64,000 nt of DNA from Candidatus Chisholmbacteria bacterium RIFCSPHIGHO2_01_FULL_52_32 (GTDB taxonomy: Bacteria > Patescibacteriota > Microgenomatia > UBA1400 > Chisholmbacteraceae). The notes beneath the pieces were generated by a model. The model made no database searches and was not told the origin of the DNA. It saw only the letters and a list, made by a program, of their open reading frames with translations. Below, piece after piece: positions 44,030 through 53,758 of this stretch (its first letter is position 1; each line of letters starts with the position of its first letter). The position numbers and the translations under genes were made by a program. Location of the stretch: NCBI GenBank assembly GCA_001816585.1, contig MHCJ01000003.1:348228-412227 (forward strand). Direction: 5' to 3'.

Positions 44030-45620
44030 GTTTCACTGCCGCAAATAGTATCCCCATCAGCGCCCAAAAGATGTAGGCAACCTTCGAGGCTTCAAACACG
44101 TCTATATAGATGCCGTTTACAAGCATTCCTACGATTGCACCTCCGATTCCTCCGACCAATGCAAACACGAACGGGTCTTTGATCACCTGTCTGTTTTTCC
44201 AAACGGTGAAAATGGAAAATCCGAGGATACCAAAGAAACTTACAAAACCAAGAAGCCCGGTTTCCCCGAGGGCCCGTAAGTAGTCATTGTCGGTTGACTC
44301 GGCTTCCGTGAACTCGGTCTCTTGTACTTTTAAAAGGGTTGAGTAGCCGGAACCAAGCAGAGGATTCTTGAGAAACCCAGCGATTGCTCTTGGCCAAAGG
44401 GCATCGAAGCGAATGGCGGAGGATAGCCCGAAGGTGAAGGCGGCCGCTGAATAGGTTCTCGGTTTCCCGGCAAGTGAGGCGACGGCAGAATCCGTCCCCG
44501 CCGACAAGGTTGCTTCCGGAAACGCCAGGGGGATATTTTCAAAAACATCGGGAGGAAGTTCTCGAGGCTCAAGAGGAACAGGCGGTTGATCCGTTTCCGT
44601 ATAAACCAGGGCCAGATCTCCTGTAATTTCACTGCCTGGCGGGATCCTCTCCTTTTTCAAGATTTCGTAGAGGACGTATTCCTTTATCTGGTCCGTTTTG
44701 AAGAAATGGGCAAACCGCTGGGAAAGATCACCAAACAGCAGCATTCCAAGAATGCTTATCGTGATCACCCCTACCCAGCGTGTCATCCCCCATTGAATCG
44801 AGTGGCGGAGTGATATGAAGAATACGACTAACGAAATGGCGATGAGGTACGCGATGAAGGAGGCTCTCGAGGCCGTTAACAACAAGGAAACTAATCCGGC
44901 ACCGAATACAACCCACAGTGGCTTGGTCTTGACTGTGGTTGAGGCACTGAGCATGAGGCTTCCGATGATTGAAAGCGCTATTACACTAAACGCGGCGAAG
45001 TCGTAGTGCCCCGCGAACGTCGATGGTACCCGGGCGTGTTCCGTCAGGACGAGCCGCCAGCCTTTGGAGAATTCCCGGTTCATTGTCGAGTACACCGGCC
45101 AGGCAAAATACTTTTGTCCAAGACCGTAGAGCATGAGTAAAACGACAACAATTGCCAGGATCGTTGTAAACCTCCGTAATTCCTTGAAAGACTTGACGGC
45201 TGAAAAGAAGATGAAGGCAAGTGACATGTACTCGATTCTTCTCAGCCAATGGAGGAAGAGCTTGGCCACGTGGAGGCGTTCCAGGGGGACGGTTTTCGTG
45301 AGGAAAAGGGCGGATACGGAAGAGAGAAGTCCGATAAAAAGATACAACAGGACGGGAATCAGGAGCGGATTGTTTTTCAGGGATACTTTTTTCCGGAGAA
45401 GTTGGACCAGCCAAAGAAGACCCACACCGAAAACCAGAATATCCTCAAGTCTCAAGCGAACGATATAGCCGGGCAGGATATCCACCAGCGGCCATTTCGG
45501 GTAGAGCGGGATAAACACCAACAGGAATCCGGTGGCCAACTCAAGGATGTGCTCGTCAAGCCATCCAAAAAGCTTCTTTATAGGCTGCATAGGCGTCTTT
45601 CCTGCCTTGAAGTATACCAA
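44001..45620 (-). CDS. O-antigen ligase/polymerase-like (Wzy_C domain) polytopic membrane protein
   Basis: About 12 TM helices, TASRASFIA, a large extracytoplasmic loop, then LWPRAIAGFLKNPLLGSGYS typical of WaaL/Wzy-type proteins. Confidence 0.5.
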   Translation of the reverse strand: MVYFKAGKTPMQPIKKLFGWLDEHILELATGFLLVFIPLYPKWPLVDILPGYIVRLRLEDILVFGVGLLWLVQLLRKKVSLKNNPLLIPVLLYLFIGLLSSVSALFLTKTVPLERLHVAKLFLHWLRRIEYMSLAFIFFSAVKSFKELRRFTTILAIVVVLLMLYGLGQKYFAWPVYSTMNREFSKGWRLVLTEHARVPSTFAGHYDFAAFSVIALSIIGSLMLSASTTVKTKPLWVVFGAGLVSLLLTASRASFIAYLIAISLVVFFISLRHSIQWGMTRWVGVITISILGMLLFGDLSQRFAHFFKTDQIKEYVLYEILKKERIPPGSEITGDLALVYTETDQPPVPLEPRELPPDVFENIPLAFPEATLSAGTDSAVASLAGKPRTYSAAAFTFGLSSAIRFDALWPRAIAGFLKNPLLGSGYSTLLKVQETEFTEAESTDNDYLRALGETGLLGFVSFFGILGFSIFTVWKNRQVIKDPFVFALVGGIGGAIVGMLVNGIYIDVFEASKVAYIFWALMGILFAAVKLGRKRPQYE

Positions 45621-46443
45621 ACACCAGCATTCGAAGCAGAGCGCCGGTCTTTAAAAGCACGCGTAATACGGGAGACTCCCATTTCGGCTTGTGCTTTGCG
45701 AATACGTACTTTACGGCTTTAAATTCTCCTAACCAGGCCGGTTTTTGGGCTCCGCCGCTTGACTTCTGACCGTAATGGATTATTTTTCCTTTCGGGGTGA
45801 TTGCGACCTCAAATCCGGCCCGCCTGGCTCGGATACAGTATTCCACATCCTCTCCGTACATGAAGATTTCCTCATCAAGGAGCCCGATCTTGTCAATCAC
45901 ACCCTTTCTTATCATCATCGCCGTTCCCCCAACCCATCCGGTTCGGTGCTCATTGAGATATGCCTTCGAATCGTTGACGTGATACGGCCAGAGGTACTTT
46001 CCCAACCACGGGATATCATCGATGAATAACATCCAAAAAGCGATGTTTGATAACCTGGGAAGAAAGCCTCCCTGAGGCTGAATTGACCCGTCCGGGTTAT
46101 TCAGTTGACAACTGGCGATTCCGACCTTCGGACTGCTCTTCATAAACTCTAAAAGACTTCCGATCGCATCATCACAAACTTTCGTATCGGAGTTGAGAAG
46201 CATGACGAACTCCCCTTTTGCTGCTCCTATCCCCTTATTGTTGGCTTTGGCAAAGCCGAGATTCTGCCTGTTTTCAACCAGGACCACTCCGGGGAACTTC
46301 CGTCTTACCATATCGGGTGATCCGTCGGATGAAGCATTGTCAATCACGAGAAGCTCCCAGGTTGGCTTGAGGCGGATTGATGCGATTGTTTCCGCGAGCA
46401 ACTCTTTTGTGTTGTAACTGACGATGATGATGGAAAGTTCCAT
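45556..46443 (-). CDS. glycosyltransferase family 2 (GT-A)
   Basis: LSIIIVSYNTKELLAETIASI, VIDNASSDGS, LLNSDT. Confidence 0.8.
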   Translation of the reverse strand: MELSIIIVSYNTKELLAETIASIRLKPTWELLVIDNASSDGSPDMVRRKFPGVVLVENRQNLGFAKANNKGIGAAKGEFVMLLNSDTKVCDDAIGSLLEFMKSSPKVGIASCQLNNPDGSIQPQGGFLPRLSNIAFWMLFIDDIPWLGKYLWPYHVNDSKAYLNEHRTGWVGGTAMMIRKGVIDKIGLLDEEIFMYGEDVEYCIRARRAGFEVAITPKGKIIHYGQKSSGGAQKPAWLGEFKAVKYVFAKHKPKWESPVLRVLLKTGALLRMLVFGILQGRKDAYAAYKEAFWMA

Positions 46444-46455
46444 GATCTTTTACAC

Positions 46456-46635
46456 GAGTTTCGCACTCAATAACCTCGTAATGAGGAGAGCGCGGAACAA
46501 ATTTCGCCGGCCCGCATAGGCCAGTCCGCCAGCTGGCGGACTGGTATGAAGTACAACAAACACGTGCTAATCTAGACTGCACCGTTTGCGACCAAGAAAT
46601 TTTCGTTACGCGATCTCCAAAATAACGCGAAACTC
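46456..46635. repeat. intergenic repeat element copy 1 (about 180 bp; 9-bp TIR GAGTTTCGC/GCGAAACTC; central 24-nt palindrome at 46521-46544)
   Basis: Near-identical to copies at 48057-48230 and 49996-50169. Read and aligned by eye. Confidence 0.85.
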
Positions 46636-46640
46636 GTGCT

Positions 46641-48113
46641 TTACTCGAACCTCAATTCAATAAGCAGTTTATCATCTCTCTCGGATATCCGTTCATAGGT
46701 CGGACCGTGGAATGCCTCAATGAGTTGATCGAGCGTTTGGGTGTTTGTCAGCACCAGCTTTCTTTGTGCCCCGCCGGTTGCTTCCCTTAGCAAAGCATCC
46801 GAAACCAGCGATTCCTTTTCTCTTGAGTAGCGCAAGGGAACGATTTTCCGATCCGCATAGAATGCAGCCACCGGAAGATAGTTGTCATCAAGAAGTATGG
46901 TTTCATCGGTGGAGGTTCTTTCCCTGGCAATCTGTGCCAACGAAGCCTCCGCGGCAACGGTCTCCGGAACGAAGATCGAACCCCTGTACCAAAGGATATT
47001 GAATGCGGCAATTCCAATCAGTCCCGCGGTCACTAACGCCTTAAGCTTTCCGGTTGCCGCGATTTCTGCCGCGAAGTATCCGATCAAGAGGGCAATACCG
47101 GGGTAGATCGGGATAAGGTACCAGTCATTTCTCATCCTGGCAATCGTCAGCATGATGAATGGGCCGATGGCCCAAAGAACCGGCAGCCAGAGGTTCTTCT
47201 TCTTCATGCTGTCTTTCAGGACAATGATCAATGCAAAGGGAAGCGCGGCAAACCACAGCTTCAGCCCGTGACGGAGCACCGTCACATACCAAAATGTTTC
47301 GGTTCCGGAGACCGGATTCGGCACGTTTGCTTTTGAGAGCATGTATTTAAGGAAGAAGTATGTAAAAAATCCCTCTCCGTGCCTTAGGTATGCGACCAGG
47401 TGCCAGGGGAGAAAAACGAGAAGAAATGCGACAAAGGACCAAGTGACATAACGCCGCGGGACAAGAAGAAACAGCGGCATGGGCAGTAAGCCCAATATCC
47501 CTTTTGTGAGGAATGCCAGGGCGGTACTTGCCCCGGTTATCAGATACCATCGGGAGTCCTTCCTGGCGGCTAAAAATGCAAAAACCGCAAGGCTTACAAA
47601 GAACGTCAGCATGGTATCTAAGTTGCCGGTTCTCCCCCGGTAGAGATACTGGACGGTCGTGGTCAATACAAGGCCCGCAAAAAGCCCGGCTGTGTGTGAA
47701 AATAGGAGTTTTCCGATCCGATACGTCAAATACACCCCTCCGACTGCAGCCAGGGCTGAGAAAATCCTTACTCCGAGTGTCGTTATCCCAAAAACCGTAA
47801 ACCAGCTTGCGACGAGCCAAAGATACAGGGGGGCGGTGGCAAACCAGATTTGACCGTTGTAGACGGGGGTGATGAAATCACCGGTCCTTGCCATGTTCCT
47901 GGCAATCACGGCATGCCAGGCCTCATCCCAGTTCGTCAAAAGTGTTGCGTCGAGTTTGAAGAAAAATACAAGGAGGCTTGCAAACATGAGAAGCGCCAAT
48001 TGGAGCTTCTCTTTCTTTCGGAGCTGGGACTTCTGTGGCTTATTCTTCGTATTCAAGAGTTTCGCATTCAATGACATCAAAGGAGAGCGCGGAACAAATT
48101 TCGCCAGCCGCAT
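46641..48113 (-). CDS. PMT_2/ArnT-like GT-C membrane glycosyltransferase (start codon uncertain; the first ~18 codons of the ORF are read from repeat copy 2)
   Basis: WDEAWHAVIARNM (DE...H...ARNM signature of the ArnT/PMT_2 family), polytopic. Confidence 0.7.
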   Translation of the reverse strand: MRLAKFVPRSPLMSLNAKLLNTKNKPQKSQLRKKEKLQLALLMFASLLVFFFKLDATLLTNWDEAWHAVIARNMARTGDFITPVYNGQIWFATAPLYLWLVASWFTVFGITTLGVRIFSALAAVGGVYLTYRIGKLLFSHTAGLFAGLVLTTTVQYLYRGRTGNLDTMLTFFVSLAVFAFLAARKDSRWYLITGASTALAFLTKGILGLLPMPLFLLVPRRYVTWSFVAFLLVFLPWHLVAYLRHGEGFFTYFFLKYMLSKANVPNPVSGTETFWYVTVLRHGLKLWFAALPFALIIVLKDSMKKKNLWLPVLWAIGPFIMLTIARMRNDWYLIPIYPGIALLIGYFAAEIAATGKLKALVTAGLIGIAAFNILWYRGSIFVPETVAAEASLAQIARERTSTDETILLDDNYLPVAAFYADRKIVPLRYSREKESLVSDALLREATGGAQRKLVLTNTQTLDQLIEAFHGPTYERISERDDKLLIELRFE

Positions 48114-48230
48114 AGGCCAGTCCGCCAGCTGGCGGACTGGTATGGACTACAACGAAAACTTGCTAATCATGACTGCACCATTTGCGACCAAGAAATTTCC
48201 GTTACGCGATCTCCGAAGTAAGCGAAACTC
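48057..48230. repeat. intergenic repeat element copy 2 (174 bp; TIR GAGTTTCGC/GCGAAACTC; palindrome 48117-48140)
   Basis: Aligned with copies 1 and 3. Confidence 0.85.
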
Positions 48231-48236
48231 GATGTA

Positions 48237-48842
48237 TTACTGAAAAAGCCGCGCTCTTCCCAGGCGATAATTAAGCTTTTCCACTCCCCTGTCTTTGATT
48301 TTTCTTGCCGGGACGCCACCGACGAGAGTTTTTGAAGGGACATCTTTCGTGACCACGGCTCCCGCCGCAATGATCGCCCCATCACCGACAGTCACCCCGG
48401 GAAGGATAATAGCACGAGGGCCGATGAAGACATGGTTTCCGATTGCGACCGGTGCCAGTTTCAGTTTGAAATCTTCCGTGTGGATGTCCCGGCTGGCGTT
48501 AAAAATCATGACTTCCGATGCAATATCGACATGATCCCCGATTGTCAATCTGTCCCTTCCGTCAAGGGTCGCGTGGTCGCCGATGATAGTTCCTTCGCCG
48601 ATGGCAATATTGGTTGGCTCGTAGACCCGGCATCCGAGGTGGATGAAGGATTTTCTGCCGATTTTGACTCCTGCTATTCTTAACAGCGTCTTGCGGAACG
48701 AATGGGAGGGAATATGCCCGAGGAACCAGAGGCAAGCAGTCCAGAATTCCGTCCAGTAGCTTCGGAACCGAAATCCGATCTTCGGGATTGCTTCTCCGAA
48801 ACTTAACTCTCGCCCCATTCGGTCTTTAAACGGCGATTTCAT
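48237..48842 (-). CDS. hexapeptide-repeat sugar O-acetyltransferase (WcaF/WbbJ/maltose O-acetyltransferase-like)
   Basis: Left-handed beta-helix repeats: IGEGTIIGDHATLDG, IGDHVDIASEVMIF, IGNHVFIGPRAIILPGVTVGDGAII. Confidence 0.8.
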   Translation of the reverse strand: MKSPFKDRMGRELSFGEAIPKIGFRFRSYWTEFWTACLWFLGHIPSHSFRKTLLRIAGVKIGRKSFIHLGCRVYEPTNIAIGEGTIIGDHATLDGRDRLTIGDHVDIASEVMIFNASRDIHTEDFKLKLAPVAIGNHVFIGPRAIILPGVTVGDGAIIAAGAVVTKDVPSKTLVGGVPARKIKDRGVEKLNYRLGRARLFQ

Positions 48843-49938
48843 GGAGGACCTCCAGGGTTTGGGCTGCAGCTTTTTCCCAACGAAACTTTTCGAGCTGTTT
48901 CTGATTTTTCACGAACATTTCTTTCCTCATTAGTTCATTTAGTTGAAGCGCCTCTGTAATACCTCTGGCAATACTTTTCACGCTTTTCGGATCTACTTTT
49001 ATCCCTAAGTCACCGGCGATTTCCGGCAGACTTGAAGCATTGGAAATCACCACCGGTGTTCCCACGGCCATTGCTTCAACGATCGGTATCCCAAATCCTT
49101 CATAGAGGCTGATGAGCACGAGTGCTCTTGCTCCCTTAATGAGTGAGGGCAAATCTTCATCGGACGCAAACCCTGTGAAAATAATCCGATTTTCAATTCC
49201 CCTCCTCCTGCCTTCTGTGATGATTTGTGAGTACATCCAGCCTGTTTTTCCAACAATGACTATTTTAAGGGATTTATTCTCAAGCGTGCCGATTGCCCGA
49301 ATCAAGCGCCTTAGGTTTTTTCTCGGTTGCAGCGTGCCGACGTAGATACAATAGTCTCCTTCAATACGGTACTTCTTCCGCACCCTGATTACCTCTGCGC
49401 CACCAGTCCGTTCGTTAAAACGGTCCCGGTCATATCCGGGATAGGTTACGGTAATCCTTTCCTCTGGTATTTGATAGTTTTTGATTATATCATTTTTGGT
49501 AAACTCGGAGATCGAAAAGATGTGCTTCGCTTTTAGGATCGAGCTTTTGGTCCAATTGGTCAGCTTATAGAGGTCATTTTTCCGAAACAGGTTCGGAAAG
49601 TGCAGGAAAGAGAGATCCATGATTGAAATAGCCAGGGGAACAGGGCAGAATTTCGGTGCATAATGTCCCGGCGTGAAAAAGACTGTCGGTTTTTTGGAGT
49701 GGAAATAGAGGTCAAGGGGAAGCCTCCAGCGCGTCCAGGCAAATCCGGGAGTGAGGACCCGGTATGACCAGGTTTCTGAAGGTTTGGGCAGGTCATATAG
49801 GGGCGGTTTTTTGAGGTATACCGTGAAGTGAGTCTCGGGTTCCTGTTGGTTCATCTCCCGCAACATTTCATAGGCATAGACGTTGCTGCCGACACGGTTT
49901 GCAACATTGGCTTCGTTGCCATCCACTCCGATACGCAT
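48826..49938 (-). CDS. glycosyltransferase family 4 (GT-B); true start taken as MRIGVDGNEA at 49938, and the upstream part of ORF 48826..50130 is read-through of repeat copy 3
   Basis: Typical GT4 N-terminus MRIGVDGNEANVANRVGSNVYAYEM and C-terminal EGFGIPIVEAMAVGTPVV. Confidence 0.75.
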   Translation of the reverse strand: MRIGVDGNEANVANRVGSNVYAYEMLREMNQQEPETHFTVYLKKPPLYDLPKPSETWSYRVLTPGFAWTRWRLPLDLYFHSKKPTVFFTPGHYAPKFCPVPLAISIMDLSFLHFPNLFRKNDLYKLTNWTKSSILKAKHIFSISEFTKNDIIKNYQIPEERITVTYPGYDRDRFNERTGGAEVIRVRKKYRIEGDYCIYVGTLQPRKNLRRLIRAIGTLENKSLKIVIVGKTGWMYSQIITEGRRRGIENRIIFTGFASDEDLPSLIKGARALVLISLYEGFGIPIVEAMAVGTPVVISNASSLPEIAGDLGIKVDPKSVKSIARGITEALQLNELMRKEMFVKNQKQLEKFRWEKAAAQTLEVLHEIAV

Positions 49939-49995
49939 ACAGTCTTTACAGTATACCCCACTTTTCCCTGGGAAGGGATTTTTTTTATCCTGCAT

Positions 49996-50169
49996 GAATT
50001 TCGCATTCAATGACATCAGAGGAGAGCGCGGAACAAATTTCGCCGGTCGCATAGGCCAGCCCGCCAGCTGGCGGGCTGGTATGAAGTACAGCAAACACGT
50101 GCAAATCATGTCTGCACCGTTTGCGACCAAGAAATTTCCGTTACGCGATCTCCGAAGTAAGCGAAACTT
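49996..50169. repeat. intergenic repeat element copy 3 (174 bp; TIR GAATTTCGC/GCGAAACTT; palindrome 50056-50079 with compensatory T>C / A>G changes)
   Basis: Aligned with copies 1 and 2. The palindrome ccagcccgccagctggcgggctgg has both arms changed compared with ccagtccgccagctggcggactgg. Confidence 0.85.
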
Positions 50170-50193
50170 CAGTCCTGTATACTCATCCTACCG

Positions 50194-51306
50194 ATGAAGC
50201 GTGTACAGAGCGCGTTCGTTTTGGTTCTGGTTTCAGTCATTGTATTGCGGATGGCTTTCATCTTTCTCCGCACCCCTTCTGTTTCAATTGACCATGAACG
50301 CCTTCGGTCCGTCTGGCTCCATTCCCAATACAACCTTGGGAAAGGATATGAGTTCTTCGGAAACATGCCAGACGAAGACCTGTATGCTTTTTCCGCACTC
50401 GAGTACGTCTCCGGGAAAAACCCGGTCCAGGTCAACTACGAAAATCCCCCGCTCGCAAAATACCTGCTCGGTATTTCTTACCTTGTATTCGGCAATATCC
50501 TTGTGGTTCAATTCATCGCCAGTTTTGGGATTCTTCTCCTCACGTATTTGCTCACCCGCCATCATTTCCTCTTGTCGCCCATTGCCTTCCTCCCTCCTCT
50601 TCTATTAGTGGTTGACCCATTGTTTGTGAAGGCCAGCACAACCGTTAATTTGGACCTTATTCAATTGTTCTTTGCGTTGGTTGCTCTCTACCTTCTCACC
50701 CTGCGACAACGGTCCCCCTTCCTTCTGTTCTTTCTCGGTTGTGCTATCGGCGGGATCATGGCCAGTAAGGTGTTCTTCGTTGGGCTTCTCCTGCTTGTCT
50801 ATTCCAGTTTTGTTCTCTGGCTCAATCGCACACCCAGATTGTTGAGCTCGATTGTACCGGTTTTCATCGGATGTTTGCTGGTCTATCTTGGGTCCTATGC
50901 GGTCTATTTTGCCTACCGTTCTCCTTCGGATTTCCTCAAGCTCCATATCGATATCATCCGTCTGTACCGCTCGTATCTTCCCGAGTATCCTTGGTTTGAG
51001 ATTTGGAGAATCTTACTGGTTGGGCAATGGCGTACGTGGTTTGCCAAGCCTTCGATTCAACCCGTTGCCGAATATTGGCTAGGCTGGCCTATTGCGGCCG
51101 TTCTTTCGGGGAGTCTGCTTTTATCAAGGCGGGCTTTACGGCTTCCTTGGCCGCCGTCAACCATACTTTTGGGGTGGGCGCTGGCCTATCTTCTGTTCCA
51201 GTCCGTCCATGTGGTTTTTCCCCGGTACCTTCTCCTGGTTTTACCTATTCTTTATGCTCTTTCTGCGATTCGCATCTCGACTTTGCCTCCCAAGATTCCT
51301 TCGTAG
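50194..51306 (+). CDS. compact PMT-like GT-C membrane protein (the only plus-strand gene inside the array)
   Basis: Polytopic, 370 aa; first loop has PDEDLYAF (DE motif) and YENPPLAKYLLG (the HPPLAK-type motif of protein O-mannosyltransferase-like GT-C enzymes). Confidence 0.5.
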   Translation: MKRVQSAFVLVLVSVIVLRMAFIFLRTPSVSIDHERLRSVWLHSQYNLGKGYEFFGNMPDEDLYAFSALEYVSGKNPVQVNYENPPLAKYLLGISYLVFGNILVVQFIASFGILLLTYLLTRHHFLLSPIAFLPPLLLVVDPLFVKASTTVNLDLIQLFFALVALYLLTLRQRSPFLLFFLGCAIGGIMASKVFFVGLLLLVYSSFVLWLNRTPRLLSSIVPVFIGCLLVYLGSYAVYFAYRSPSDFLKLHIDIIRLYRSYLPEYPWFEIWRILLVGQWRTWFAKPSIQPVAEYWLGWPIAAVLSGSLLLSRRALRLPWPPSTILLGWALAYLLFQSVHVVFPRYLLLVLPILYALSAIRISTLPPKIPS

Positions 51307-52391
51307 ACTTTGAGCGTTTGCCGGGCGGTTTCGTCCCATGAGAACTTTTCTGCTTGGGCGATACCTTTGGCGCGGAGTTCTTCACTTCTTTCCAAAGCTA
51401 CCCGTATTCCAAAGGCAATCGCCTCCGCGCTTTCGGGATTAACGGTTGCCGCTGCACTGCCGGCGATCTCAGCTAAGCTCCCGCGGTCGGATGTCAGAAC
51501 CGGACAGCCAACTGCCATCGCTTCAAGGACGGGCAAACCGAATCCTTCATAAAGCGAAGGATAGAGAAATAAGGAGGCACCGGCGTAGAGCGCCGGAAGA
51601 TCCTTGTTCTCAACAAATCCAATTGGCTTAACACCGGGTACTGGCGTTATCTTCTCTCCCCAGCCGAAGCGGCCGGCAATCACAAGCTCCTGATCCAATT
51701 GTAAGATACTGTAGGCTTCAATGGTGCGCTGGATGTTTTTCCGCGGTTCATGAGTGCCCACGCTTAACAGGTACTCTTTCTGAATCCCGTATTTCTCTTT
51801 TACTTCGCGGACGGTCGTATTCCTTGTGTTCTCCATCGCCTTCCGAAACTCGGAGAACTCCGGAGGTGCGGCCAAATACACCACCACGACTTTCTTTTCA
51901 GGAATATTGAGGATTTCAACGATATCCTGTTTGGTTGCTACCGAATCGGCGATGACTGCCGCTGCTTCTTTTTTTACCCAACGCAGTCCGGCCTTGTACG
52001 CTGCTCTGGTTGCCGGAAGATGTTGCTTGGGAAATTTAAGCGGGGTGAGGTCATGGATAGTGGTGACGATTTTTGCCTTCTTTGTCGGAGGCTGAATGTA
52101 ATCCCAGGTATGGACAATGTCGCAGCTCCCTGTCAGAGTTTCAACCGGCAGAATATGCAGCATGTTCCAGAGAAGCTCCATCAGCTTCGGCGGAAAGGGT
52201 AACTTTTTTTTGGCCATGGTTAGCTTTCCGAAACTGCGGAGCGAGTAACCAAAGGGGATGAAGGTATGTTCCTTTCCGTATAAAAGGAGTTTCGGGACAA
52301 GGTTTCGGTAGTAGGTCCCGACACCCGATCCCTCATAAATCGTGGCGGTCACGTCGATTGCGATTTTCATGGTTTCAGTTCGTAATGCCAA
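51252..52391 (-). CDS. glycosyltransferase family 4 (GT-B)
   Basis: YEGFGLPVLEAMAVGCPVLTS motif. Confidence 0.8.
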   Translation of the reverse strand: MALRTETMKIAIDVTATIYEGSGVGTYYRNLVPKLLLYGKEHTFIPFGYSLRSFGKLTMAKKKLPFPPKLMELLWNMLHILPVETLTGSCDIVHTWDYIQPPTKKAKIVTTIHDLTPLKFPKQHLPATRAAYKAGLRWVKKEAAAVIADSVATKQDIVEILNIPEKKVVVVYLAAPPEFSEFRKAMENTRNTTVREVKEKYGIQKEYLLSVGTHEPRKNIQRTIEAYSILQLDQELVIAGRFGWGEKITPVPGVKPIGFVENKDLPALYAGASLFLYPSLYEGFGLPVLEAMAVGCPVLTSDRGSLAEIAGSAAATVNPESAEAIAFGIRVALERSEELRAKGIAQAEKFSWDETARQTLKVYEGILGGKVEMRIAERA

Positions 52392-53758
52392 ACGAGGACC
52401 CCGTTAAAGCCCTTTTCCTCTGTTTTTTGGTACCCGTTGTCATTAAGCGTTTCTACCAAGAGATCCTTCGGATCGAAGATCTCTGCTACATATTTTACAA
52501 GGAAAACGTGCTTTGGGTTATTGTGAAGATTGAGGGTGCTTGGATCCTCGACCTTAACCTTCCCGTTGTTATAGAACTCAAATCCTGCGGCTTGGGCGAG
52601 GTTTGGGAAAAGGACGAGGCTTTGATCTTTAAATACGAAAACGAAAGAGGCGGCAGACCGCCAGTCTTCCCGATGAAATCGAGCAATTCCCAAATAGGCT
52701 GCCGTCGAGATGATGTTGGTCAGTAGGAGTATCGCGATCAGCGGTCCTCTGAAGATGAAGCGGAATTTCCCCAGGCCATAGGAGAGCATAAGGTAAAACG
52801 CAGGCAGCACAAACAGAAATCGGAAGTAGGAGAAAATCGGGACCTTCAAACCAACCAAGGCCCCGGCGGCAAGCGGAACCGCCAGCCAGCCTTTGATTAC
52901 ATGAAGATGCTTTCCTTTTTCCATCAGGGTTCTTGCGAGACCCAAGCCTGCAACAACCGTTGGAAGCGACAGGACAAGGGCATACAGGAGATTGTTGTCA
53001 ATCGAGACGCGGCCGACGAGAAATTTGACCGGTACAAGAAGCGCGGATTTCAGCGTCAGTCCTCCAACCACTTCTCCCCAAGCGGGGAAGTTTGCCGCGG
53101 TTGTAATGCCTTGCCTTACTTGTTCAGCCAGCATCGGCCACCATGGGAAAAGCAAAAACAGCGCCAATGCGGTCATCCCCGGCGTCACCACAAAAAAGAA
53201 CGGGAGAAGGAGCCAGGGTTGGTAATCGGAAAGAAGCATCAATACGAATGAACTAAGAAACAGCAGTTTGTTCTTTCGGGAGGAGTCTTTGCGCAGATTG
53301 AGAAGGGTAAGCACAGCCGAAGCTGTCGTTAGGGCTGCAAGGGCGTACATCCGGGCCTCTTGCGAGTAGTAGACGTGAAGGCCGGAGGTTGCCAGAAAAA
53401 GCGCAGCCAGGCGGGCGAAAGAGGCATTTTCCTTCCAGAGCTTCTGACCGATCTTGTAGACAACCCAAACGGTCAGTACACCAAAGACGACGGAAGGGAG
53501 TCTGGCGCTCATTTCCGAGACGGGTACGGCTTTTAGCCAAAGCCAAAGGATGATGTGATAGAGGGGCGGATGAAAGTCGCCTTTCGTGTAATTGAGGATA
53601 AGATCAGTAAAGCCTCTGTCACGGGCAGCTGTGACGTTAATTGCCTCATCAAGCCAAAACGATTGGTTTATGGCAATCATCCGCACTAGGAGAGCCAGGG
53701 CCAGGATGCAACCGATTACCAGGTCTGTTTTTTTCTTTTCTTCTTCTTTATTTGGCAC
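52367..53758 (-). CDS. PMT_2/ArnT-like GT-C membrane glycosyltransferase. Proposed GTG start at 53758 just after the upstream GT2 stop; the longer ORF 52367..54181 overlaps that GT2 in another frame.
   Basis: FWLDEAINVTAARD (DE motif) and GDFHPPLYHIILWLW (HPPL motif), about 12 TM helices. There is no in-frame ATG between 54181 and the first TM helix other than far-upstream ones inside the neighbouring gene. Confidence 0.65.
   Translation of the reverse strand: MPNKEEEKKKTDLVIGCILALALLVRMIAINQSFWLDEAINVTAARDRGFTDLILNYTKGDFHPPLYHIILWLWLKAVPVSEMSARLPSVVFGVLTVWVVYKIGQKLWKENASFARLAALFLATSGLHVYYSQEARMYALAALTTASAVLTLLNLRKDSSRKNKLLFLSSFVLMLLSDYQPWLLLPFFFVVTPGMTALALFLLFPWWPMLAEQVRQGITTAANFPAWGEVVGGLTLKSALLVPVKFLVGRVSIDNNLLYALVLSLPTVVAGLGLARTLMEKGKHLHVIKGWLAVPLAAGALVGLKVPIFSYFRFLFVLPAFYLMLSYGLGKFRFIFRGPLIAILLLTNIISTAAYLGIARFHREDWRSAASFVFVFKDQSLVLFPNLAQAAGFEFYNNGKVKVEDPSTLNLHNNPKHVFLVKYVAEIFDPKDLLVETLNDNGYQKTEEKGFNGVLVWHYELKP

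Noticed and set aside
49939-50130. N-terminal 64 aa of ORF 48826..50130, including KFVPRSPLMSLNAK
   Set aside because: This stretch is encoded by repeat copy 3. The canonical GT4 N-terminus MRIGVDGNEA begins at 49938, so the extension is spurious.
47869-50197. Plus-strand ORFs 47869..48243 and 49883..50197 reading FAFNDI(K/R)GERGTNFA... through the repeat copies
   Set aside because: Copy 1 has a stop in this frame. Differences between copies 2 and 3 are mostly nonsynonymous (K/R, S/G, S/P, T/A, D/K). Similarity is at nucleotide level, so this is not a conserved peptide.
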